Positions 50,001-64,000 of a stretch of DNA of 64,000 bases are shown here, piece by piece. Both the position numbers and the translations under genes were made by a program. The DNA lies in NCBI RefSeq assembly GCF_009914755.1, contig NC_060947.1, one strand, 5' to 3'. This DNA comes from the human T2T-CHM13v2.0 reference genome, Homo sapiens. A model generated the notes under the pieces. The model ran no database searches. It was not told the DNA's origin and saw only the letters and a program-made list of their open reading frames with translations. The stretch's first letter is position 1. Each line of letters opens with the position of its first letter.

Positions 50001-50700
50001 CAACATCACTATCATAAGTTGAATGCAAATCAAAACCACATTGATATATCACCTCCATACCCCTTAAGATGGCCACTATTAAAATTACATACAATAACAA
50101 ATGTTGGAATGGATGTGGAGAAACTGGAATCTTTTTGCACTGTTGGCGGGTATATAAAATCATGCAGCCATTATGTAAAACATTATGGAGGTTCCTAAAA
50201 AATTAAAAAATTTAATTTCCAAGTGATCTGGCAATTCCACTCCTGGGTATATATCCAAAAGAACCCAAAGTGGGACCTCAAAGAGATAGTTGCATGCCCA
50301 TGTTCACTGCAGCACTGTTCTCAGTAGCCAAGAGGTATAAATAACCTAAATGTCCATCAACAGATAAAATGATAATGAGAAAGTATATAAACAACAGTCT
50401 GATATTAAAGCCTTCAAAAAAAAAAGGGAAAATACCGTTATGTGCTACAACATGGGTGAGCCTTGAGGACATTATGTTAAGCAAAATAAACCAGTAACAA
50501 AAGGACAAATATTCTGTAATTCCACCCATATGAAGTATCTAATGTGGTCAAAATTATAAAAACAGAGAATAGGAAGGTGGTTATCAAGAGCTGGGGGAAG
50601 GAGTCAGGGACTTCATGCTTAGCGTATAGTTTCAGTTTTGAAACATAAAAAACCCAAAATCTCTGTTGCACAACACTGTAAATATACTTAACATGAAAAG
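47060..50700 (+). mobile_element. Old L1 (L1MB/L1M-like): 5'UTR start joined directly to post-EN ORF2 and 3'UTR
   Basis: 5'UTR block gcctttgtgacaaatccaaaaaccagttaaaaggttcctgcacc. Degenerate ORF2 from ~47800. L1MB-type 3'UTR gtttcagttttg...gttgcacaacactgtaaatatacttaaca. Confidence 0.8.
47215..47415. repeat. AT-rich (TA)n/(TG)n low-complexity repeat
   Basis: Directly visible, following an A-run inside the L1 5'UTR. Confidence 0.95.
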
Positions 50701-51817
50701 ACCTGAAAAACGTACTTCAGTAAGTGGGACTTCTCCAGGATGCGCACATAGATGTTCAATGATGTGGTCTCTGAGCCTTAAAATTACATGTCTTATTAAA
50801 TTACCCCTTCAAGAAAGATAATAAAAGTATTATTCAAAGGGTATCTCTCATTGATGTGGACAAATTATTTCCATGAAGATCTTTTCTGATTATAAAGTAT
50901 ACATCATGCCCTCAAATTTATCTCTGCAGATGTAGAAAACTAACTTTGTCTTAAAAGATTTCCTGTTGTTTTAAATATTGCATGAATCACAGGTCCAGGA
51001 ATTTGATGATGTACTCAAATTCCATAAAGAAGCTTCTCTAAATGAACTAAGAAAAAATCCTCCCTAATAGACCTGCTTTCTTCTAGGGAACCACAATTTT
51101 TTACATCCATATATTACTTTAAAGAGACCCTTACATTTTATAGATACAACAAATTCTTGATAAGATTTTCTAAATATGAACACATACTCATTTAATGGAG
51201 GCATCCAGCAAATTACAAAAGTATACTTCATTTAGTTTTGACTTATTTTAGGCCCATTTTGCCTTTTCCACTGGAATTTTGAATATTCTTAACTCTTTAG
51301 AATTTTATTACACTTCAAAAACAGTAGACTCTTGAGTGGACCTTTTCTAGCACACAAACATAAAAACTAATAAATACACAATTCACAGGAGTATTCTTGT
51401 ACAAATCACTCCTCTTTCTAGATTCTACTATGCAATTTCTAGGCGCAGAGGCCCTTCTGCAGTGTTTCTGTTCACTCCAAACATACAAGCCCCACAAAAA
51501 GGTTCATTACTCTTTTCACATGAAAATCCTATAAAGTTGATTGGTAAATCTAAAAGAAAATAGCACTTCTATGAATGTGGATATAGGCAACCTTGGAGAT
51601 CCTTTATATATTCAAGTCTTAGCTGCTCTATAAAATGTGATTCCTATGATTCACAGATACCTCCACAACAATTATGGGGGCTATTCTATCTTGCATATTT
51701 ATCTTACCTATGATTTGATCTTGATGCTTTAAGAATACATCAGTTACATTAAAAATTCAATAAAAAATTATTCATTTCAAAGGGCATTTTCAAGTTTTTA
51801 TTTAAATTACTCCAAGC

Positions 51818-51950
51818 AGGTGATAAAAATTATGGAACTAAATAGTAATGATTGCTGTACATATTTGTAAATATATTCAAAACCATTAACTGTATACTTT
51901 AAATGGGTGGATTTCATGGTTTGTAAGTTATACCTCAATAAAGCTGTTAC
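51818..51950 (+). mobile_element. Ancient L1 (L1ME/L1MB7-like) 3' tip
   Basis: aactgtatactttaaatgggtggatttcatggtttgtaagttatacctcaataaagctgtt. Confidence 0.8.
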
Positions 51951-52546
51951 AAGAAATTACTCACAAGTAAATGTATCTTATTAATTAATGACCTAGTTTC
52001 CTTTTAAGTTTACTCTGTGTAGCTGGGACTTAAGCATTGTGAAAAATACACTAATGTTTTATGAAAACACAAAATTAATAAATGGGAACCCAGTCTTTAG
52101 CAGTACCTTCCTGCCTAAAAATAAGCAATTTTTTTCCACAAAATGTCTAATATGGTTTACCATATTATATTTTCCATAAATTTTATTTACACTATATTTT
52201 AATAATGAAATGGCAAGGTTTTGTAAAATTTTACAGTAACAACTAATTCACTAAAACATCATCTGCCATTATGCACATACCACTATTATTATAAACTCAA
52301 CTTTCCATTAAAGAAGGGTAAATTCACAGTGGGAAATTCCTCCCATGTAACTACACTTCAGACTCATATGGTATTCCCTGAAGATTCTTGGCGTACCTGA
52401 CCAGTCATGATTTCTTGCCTCTTTAAAATAACACAAAAAATTTGAGTGAGCTCTCTGTGCATTAGAAGCCTACAGACACCCAATTGATGTCTGTTATGTA
52501 GACTTAAACACACTGTTATAAAATTTAAGACCTAATATTCTAAGAG

Positions 52547-55522
52547 TGTCAACAAAAAGAGTCAAATTCTGTAAAATATTTTAAGAGATTTATTCTGAGC
52601 CAAGTATGGGTGAACATGGTCCATGATACAGCCCTCAGGAGGTCCTGAGAACATGTGCCCAAGGTGGTTTGGGTACAGCTGGGTTTCATATATTTTAGAT
52701 AGGCATGAGACATCAATCAAATAAATCTAAGAAATACATTGGTTTTGTTCAGAAAGGCAGGACAACTCAAAGCTGGGGGGGTTTCCAGGATATAGGTAAA
52801 TTTAAACAACTTCTGACTGACAATTGGTTGAGTTTGTCTAAAGACCTGGAATTGAAGAAGGAAAATGTTCAGATAAGACAATAAATGTGGAAAAGGCGTT
52901 TGACAAAGTTCAACACCCCTTCATGCTAAAAACTCTCAATAAACTAGGTATGATGGAACGTATCTCAAAATAATAAGAGCTATTTATGACAAACCCACAG
53001 CCAATATCATACTGAATGGACAAAAACTGGAAGCATTCCCTTGGAAAACTGGCACAAGGCAAGGATTCCCTCTCTCACCACTCCTATTCAACATAGTATT
53101 GGAAGTCCTGGCCAGGGCAATCAGGCAAGAGAAAGAAATAAAGCATAGTCAAATAGGAAGAGAGGAAGTAAAATTGTCTCTGTTTGCAGATGAAATGATT
53201 GTACATTTAGAAAACCCCATTGTCTCAGCCACAAAACTCCTTAAGCTAATAAGCAACTTCAGCAAATTCTCAGGATACAAAATCAACGTACAAAAATCAC
53301 AAGCACTCCTATGCACCAATAATAGACAAACATAGAGCCAAATCATGAGTGAACTCCCATTCACAATCACTTCAAAGAGAGTAAAATACCTAGGAATCCA
53401 ACTTACAAGGGATCTGAAGGACCTCTTCAAGGAGAACTACAAACCACTGCTCAAGGAAATAAAAGAGGACACAAACAAATGGAAAAACAGTCCATACTCA
53501 TGTATAGGAAGAATCAATATCGTGAAAATGGCCATATGGCCCAAAGTAATTTATAGATTCAATGCCATCCCCATCAAGCTATCATTGACTTTCTTCACAG
53601 AATTAGGAAAAACTACTTTAAATTTAATATGGAACCAAAGAAGAGCCTGCATACCCAAGACAATCCTAAGCAAAAAGAACAAAGCTGGAGGCATCACACT
53701 ACCTGACTTCAAACTATACTACAAGGCTACAGTAACCAAAACAGCAAGATACTGGTACCAAAACAGAGATATAGACCAATGGAACAGAACAGACACCTCA
53801 GAAATAATGCCACACATCTACAACCATCTGATCTTTGACAAACCTGACAAAAACAAGCAATATGGAAAGGATTCCCTATTTAGTAAATGGTGTTGGGAAA
53901 ACTGGCTAGCCATATGCAGAAAACTGAAACTGGACCCTTTCCTTACACCTTATACAAAAATTAACTCAAGATGGATTAAAGACTTAAATGTAAGGCCTAA
54001 AACCATAAAAATGCTAGAAGAAAACCTAGGCAATACCACTCAGGACATAGGCATGGGCAAAGACTTCCTGACTAAAACACCAAAAGCAATGGCAACAGAA
54101 GCCAAAATTGACAAATGGGATTTAATTAAACTAAAGAGCTTCTGCACAACAGAAGAAACTATCATCAGAGTGAGCAGGCAACCTACAGAATGGGAGAAAA
54201 TTTTTGCTATCTATCCATCTCACAAAGGGCTAATATCCAGAATCTACAAAGAACTTAAACAAATTTACAAGAAAAAAACAAACAACCCATCAAAAAGTGG
54301 GCAAAGGATATGAACAGACACTTCTCAGAAGAAGACATTTATGCAGCCAACAAACAAGAAAAAAAGCTCATCATCACTGGTCATTAGAGAAATGCAAATC
54401 ATAACAACAATGAGATACCATCTCACACCAGTTAGAATGGTGATAATTAAAAAGTCAGGAAACAACAGATGCTGGAGAGGATGTGGAGAAATAGGAATGC
54501 TTTTACTCTGTTGGTGGGAGTGTAAATTAGTTCAACCACTGTGGAAGACAGTGTGGAGATTCCTCAATGATCTAGAACCAGAAATACCATTTGACCCAGC
54601 CATCCCATTACTGGGTATATACCCAAAGGATTATAAATCATTCTACTATAAAGACACATGCACACATTTATTGCGGCACTGTTCACAATAGCAAAGACTT
54701 GAAACAAACCCAAATGTCCATCAATGATAGACTGGATGAAGAAAACGTGGCACATATACACCATACTATGCAGCCATAGAAAATGATGAGTTCATGTCCT
54801 TTGCAGGGACATGGATGAAGCTGGAAACCATTATTCTCAGCAAACTAACACAAGAGCAGAAAACCAAACACCATGTGTTCTCACTCATAAGTGGGAGCTG
54901 AACAATGAGAACACATGGATGCAGAGAGGGGAACATCACACACCAGGGCCTGTCAGGGGGTTGAGGGGTAAGGGAGGGATAGCCTTAGGAGAAATGCTTA
55001 ATGTAGATGATGGCTTGATGGGTGCAGCAAACCACAATGTCACATATGTACCTATGTAACAAACCTGCACGTTCTGCCCATGTATCCCAGAACATTAAGT
55101 ATAATTTAAAAAAAAATTAAAAAAAGATTGTGGAGACCAAAGTTCTTTTGAAGTCTTATAGTGGCTGTCCTTAGAGACAATAGGTGAAAAATATTCCCTA
55201 TTCAGATCTTTAAAAGGTGCTACTTTCAGTTAATCTATTCAGGATTGGAAGGGCCTGGAAGAAAAAGATCTAACTATGTTAATAGAGATTCTTCACAGAT
55301 GGAGATTTTCAGGGCCATTAGAGAAACATGTTTTGGGGTAAAATACTTTTATTTTCTTCCTTGTCTCAGAATGTTATGCCAGAGTCAGATTGGAAAGTAA
55401 GTCATGATATATAGGGTTAAATAAAACCCATCTGATGAGAATTTATGGTTTGTAGGGCATGACTCCCCAGACTCCTTAGATAGGAATTTGGGCAAGGTAA
55501 AAAAATCAGAGCTTATTCTTCA
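52547..55522 (-). mobile_element. MER4E-like 3' LTR split by L1PA7
   Basis: Reverse complement starts tgaagaataagctctgattttttt...aaattcctatctaagg and ends tttacagaatttgactctttttgttgaca. Confidence 0.8.
52888..55125 (+). mobile_element. 5'-truncated L1PA7-like element (copy D)
   Basis: ORF2 remnants 53099..53335, 53345..54313 and 54341..54691. L1PA7-type 3'UTR (aatgtagatga...gtatcccagaac) and A tail. Confidence 0.93.
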
Positions 55523-58341
55523 GTGCCACCTCTTGGCCAAAAAGCATTCCATGGAATGCATATGCAGGCCAAAAAACTCCCACAGCACTAGGGAGGCTCA
55601 TTCCTAAAGTTGTCTGATTTGGCCATTTGGCAGGGTCCCATGGTGCTAGGAAGACTTGTTCCTAGAGTTCTCTGACTTGATGGTAATAATTTTAAATATT
55701 AACGATTTGGACAATGTGGGGAGGACATGGTCTGACCTGATGTAATAGCCAATTGTTTAAGGGGTGAGATGGAGTCAGGCCAAGGGTTTAGTCTAAAAAA
55801 ATTCCAGATCAGATCTATTTTCTGAGCTATCATGATCCAGGTCTTTAACTGTGCCTTTTCCTTCTGCTGTATCTGGCATAACATTTACAAGAAATGTCTA
55901 ATGTTAATATAGTAACAAACATCATAAAGATAGTGAATATTTGGGTGTCCAAGGTTATAGGTAGAATCAGAGGGCAGTAAACAACCCAACCAAACAGAAA
56001 AAAAAACTCTGCATGCATCATTATATTATTTGATCAGACTCACAATGTGTTTACCCTCCTTATCAAGGGTTACTTGACCTTTATGGTAAATCTTATTTGA
56101 GAATTGTAGGACCAACATTAAGTTTGAATTTAATAAATTTAATTTCTCTTCCAGCCAATTTATCTCCATAGATATAGCATCCTGAGAAGGGTATATATTA
56201 CATGCAAGAAACACCTCATCCTCATTGTGTAAATTGTTATAGACTTGTTAACAGTAGACAAATCTATTTTTCCCAATACTTTTGTATTGCACCATATACT
56301 GGTATTCGGGAGAGAAAAGGTTCTGTCACAGGAGAAGTCATGTAATTCTACAGTGTCATTTTTTCCTCAGCAGGACTCCCTATGGCCGAGGACCTTCAGA
56401 GTCAAAAGACTTATACCCAATTATTTTAGGCCATATAGGAATGGATGTGGAAAGGCATTCATTACTTCTTAAAATTATTATTTTAAGTTTAAAAAGCTGA
56501 CAATAAAACCAAAAGGCAAAGTTACAAGACTGACTTATTTTTAACTTTTATGTGTTGAGCTACAGTAAGCTTGGTTTCTGTTACAGACTTACAGCAATTA
56601 GCTATACAAAACATAAGCATTATTTTAAAATATAATAAAAAATATGTATAAATATATTTTTATCTTTACAACTTATACTTGGAGTATGATACTCAGGAGG
56701 CTTTGTTTCAAGTTATTTTATCCTGTTAGTAAATATTTTTCTTTAATTTTATCGTAAGCAGAAAATTTTTATGGTTGGTGTGGATGCAAAAGTGACATAT
56801 TATAATTTAGAAGGCAACTAAAGTTGTTTTACTAATTGTTTAGGCATTTTTTTGTACCCCCTTCTTGATTTGGAGGGTTTGATCTTGACCTAATTTATTA
56901 CTGAAAACCGGCCCTTACAATCTTATGCACCCACCTCTTCTGTGATAGTCCCTGGGCCTAGGGGTGAGGCAGCTTGTATAGTTTTGGCAGCAGAACATTA
57001 GCAGTGAAACAGATCGGGGCCGGTGGGATGCCAAATGAAGGAGATTCATATCTCTGGTCTTCAGAATACCATGATTTTGGTTTCCTTGGAAGTAAAACAA
57101 GGAGAGATAAATAACATTTATAGTTTGACAATTATAGAATAATTTGTATGTTAGAACAGAAAAAGGAAATAGAAAGGTGCCCTATTCTATTAGGGCACCA
57201 ACTAAAAATATGAAGAAAAATTACAATCTGGTACTTTCTAGAGGATTATTGTAGCCAAGAACAATAATTTAATCTGCACTTAAAAAGTTAGGACTGAAAT
57301 CTAGTATTAAGTGTCACACTTTTCCCTTAAAACAATTATTTTTTAATTATCATTAAACTAATGCAGACAATTATAATGTTATAAAATCACAATCTGAATT
57401 TTGGAGAACTCAGAAAGGTAAATTTGCTTACAAAAACATACTTTTTCCAAATAACTTAAAAAAAAATGTCTTGACCCTCTTTTAACCAGAGCAGCAGCTT
57501 TTAAGACAAGATGTTTGTTTACCTTGGAAATGTCATTTACAAACCAAACAGCTCATGAGAGCTATTTGGCACTATAGAATTTAGCAGCTTCTTACAATTA
57601 GTCCTAGAAAAAGGCTCTCTGCTTATTATATAGCAAGATTTTATGTAAACCATTTTTATTTTACCATGGAACTTTTTGGAAAACATTATTCCCATTAGTA
57701 TAGGGGTAGCTCCAGTTAATATTCCACAGCAAGGCAGTAAATGCCCCACGAAGTAGAAATTCTCTAGCTCAGTCGTTGTTACTGAAAAGTACACACGGTT
57801 TTTACCATAAGCCCCATAAATGCTCCAAACAAAAGACTATGCAGTGGAGGATTTACATGAGCAGATTTACATGTCTTCAGCTTTACAGTACTAGAAAGAG
57901 GAAAACATTCCACAGTTAGATATACTATCCATTTTCATAAGACATTTAGGTAAAAGGGGTTACAACTACCTCACAGAGAGCTTGTTTAAACATCTTACAT
58001 TTTATAATTCTATTAATCTGTATGTTTTATGTTCTGGTCCCCAGAAGTCTTTTTTAACCCCAGACCACTTTAATTTTTCTGGTGAAAAGGACTTGGGTTC
58101 CCAGCAGGGAGTTGCATCTTTAAGGCATATGAGGGACAGATTTGATAAGCCTTCTTAAAAAGACCCATAATTCTGTGAGAGGGGCACCCATATAAAAGGG
58201 CCCCCCTTAACCATCAAATATACCATGACCCAGACGATAGACAAATTTGGTGGGAGGATATCACAGTTATTATAAAGCTAGTCTCTCACAGCTTGCATAT
58301 GAAATATATTAACGGCTTCATCTGGGGTACTTCACTTGCTA
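55523..58341 (-). mobile_element. MER4-group ERV1 internal region, cut by the L1 at 58342
   Basis: Degenerate PPT next to the LTR (minus strand aagaggtggcac). AT-rich non-coding internal sequence similar in character to 36050-39900. Confidence 0.7.
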
Positions 58342-58561
58342 TTTTTTTTTATTATTATTACATTTTAAGATTTAGGGTACATGTGCACAATGAGCAGGTT
58401 TCTTACATATGTATACAGGTGCCATGTTGGTGTGCTGTACCCATTAACTCAACATTTAGCATTAGGTATATCTCCTAATGCTATACCTCCACCCTCCCCC
58501 CACCCCACAACAGTCCCCGGTGTGTGATGTTCCCCTTCCTGTGTCCATGTATTCTCATTGT

Positions 58562-62384
<3,823 letters not shown>

Positions 62385-62447
62385 TATCATCTTAGCTGGT
62401 TATTTTGCTCGTTAGTTGATGCAGTTTCTTCCTAGCCTTGGTGGACT

Positions 62448-63463
62448 TTACAATTTGGCATGTTTTTGCAGTGGCTGGTACCGGTTGTTCCTTTCCATGT
62501 TTAGTGCTTCCTTCAGGAGGTCTTTTAGGGCAGGCCTGGTGGTGACAAAATCTCTCAGCATTTGCTTGTCTGTTAAGTATTTTATTTCTCCTTCACTTAT
62601 GGAGCTTAGTTTGGCTGGATATGAAATTCTGGGTTGAAAATTCTTTTCTTTAAGAATGTTGAATATTAGCCCCATCTCTCTTCTGGCTTGTAGAGTTTCT
62701 GCCAAGACGTCAGCTGTTAGTCTGATGGGCTTCCCTTTGTGGGTAACCTGACCTTTCTCTCTGGCTGCCTTTAGCATTTTTTCCTTCATTTCAACTTTGG
62801 TGAATCTGACAATTATGTTTCTTGGAGTTGCTCTTCTCGAGGAGTATCTTTGTGGCATTCTCTGTATTTCCTGAATTTGAATGTTGCCCTGCCTTGCTAG
62901 ATTGGGGAAGTTATCCTGGATAATATCCTGCAGAGTGTTTTCCAACTTGGTTCCATTCTCCCCATCACTTTCAGGTACACCAATCAGATGTAGATTTGGT
63001 CTTTTCACATAGTCCCAGATTTCTTGGAGGCTTTGTTCATTTCTCTTTATTCTTTTTTCTCTAAACTTCTCTTCTCACTTCATTTCATTCATTTCATCTT
63101 CCATCACTAATACACTTTCTTCCAGGTGATCGCATCGGCTACTGAGTCTTGTGCATTCGTCATTTAGTTCTCGTGCCATGGTTTTCAGCTCCATCAGGTC
63201 CTTTAAGGACTTCTCTGCATTGGTTATTCTAGTTAGCCATTCGTCTATTTTTTTTCAAGGTTTTTAACTTCTTTGCCTTGGGTTCGAACTTCCTCCTTTA
63301 GCTCGGAGAAGTTTGATCTTCTGAAGCCTTCTTCTCACAACACGTCAAAGTCATTCTCTGTCCAGCTTTGTTCCATTGCTGGTGAGGAGCTGCGCTCCTT
63401 TGGAGGAGGAGAGGTGCTCTGATTTTTAGAGCTTCCAGTTTTTCTGCTCTGTTTTTTCCCCAT
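62448..63463 (-). pseudogene. Disrupted L1 ORF1 (RNA-binding chaperone)
   Basis: ATG at 63463 (MGKKQSRK) and C-terminal ORF 62448..63008 ending YQPLQKHAKL. The 1016-nt span is not a multiple of 3, so it is frameshifted. Confidence 0.93.
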
Positions 63464-63591
63464 CTTTGTGGTTTTATCTACCTTTGGTCTTTGATGATGG
63501 TGACAAACAGGTGGGGTTTTGGTGTGGATGTCCTTTCTGTTTGTTAATTTTCCTTCTAACAGTCAGCACCCTCAGCTGCAAGTGTGTTGGA

Positions 63592-63720
63592 GTTTGCCAG
63601 AGGTCCACTCCAGACCCTGTTTGCCTGGGTATCAGCAGTGGAGGCTGCAGAACAGCGGATATGGTGAACTGCAAATGCTGCTGCCTGATCGTTCCTCTGG
63701 AAGTTTTGTCTCAGAGGAGT
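63592..63720 (-). promoter_or_regulatory. 129-bp L1 5'UTR segment containing the ZNF93 binding site (retained)
   Basis: Sense-strand ctcctctgagacaaaacttccagaggaacgatcaggcagcagc...ggtctggagtggacctc is present. It is deleted in later L1PA3, L1PA2 and L1HS. Confidence 0.8.
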
Positions 63721-64000
63721 ACCCGGCCCTGTGAGGTGTCAGTCCGCCCCTACTGGGATGTGCCTCCCAGTTAGGCTACTCGGGGGTCAGGGACCCACTT
63801 GAGGAGGCAGTCTGCCCATTCTCAGATCTCAAGCTGGGTGCTGGGAGAACCACTACTCTCTTCAAATCTGTCAGACAGGGACATTTAAGTCTGCAGAGGT
63901 TACTGCTGCCTTTTGTTTGTCTGTGCCCTGCCCCCAGAGGTGGAGCCTACAGAGGCAGGCTGGCCTCCTTGAACTGTGGTGGTCTCCACCCAGTTCAAGC

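Noticed and set aside
63519-63734. 71-aa antisense ORF in the L1 5'UTR as ORF0
   Set aside because: The length is similar but the position and sequence differ. ORF0 would start further along the antisense strand, beyond the window end.

Overview
Gene-free, repeat-saturated primate (human-like) genomic DNA. Roughly 90% is transposon-derived: nested, mostly minus-strand LINE-1 copies of many ages (L1MC/L1MA/L1M, L1PB-like, L1PA16 to L1PA3), three Alus (AluSq, AluSp and a very young AluYc-type), ERV1 and ERVL LTR elements, MER58A, MIR and several microsatellites. I found no host protein-coding gene, RNA gene or CRISPR array; the recognisable ORFs are decayed L1 ORF1/ORF2 pieces, and the rest are Alu, microsatellite or chance frames. 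I cannot support a new biological system. The best observations are: (i) four young L1 copies share non-consensus variants in a mosaic pattern, suggesting local non-allelic gene conversion; (ii) a complete two-LTR MER41B provirus with TSD, PBS and PPT whose 5' LTR keeps both GAS/STAT motifs; (iii) a recent 228-bp tandem triplication inside it; (iv) multi-level L1-in-L1 and ERV-in-ERV nesting; (v) a probably polymorphic AluYc. Subfamily names come from remembered consensus diagnostics, not a RepeatMasker run. Boundaries without a stated TSD are approximate.
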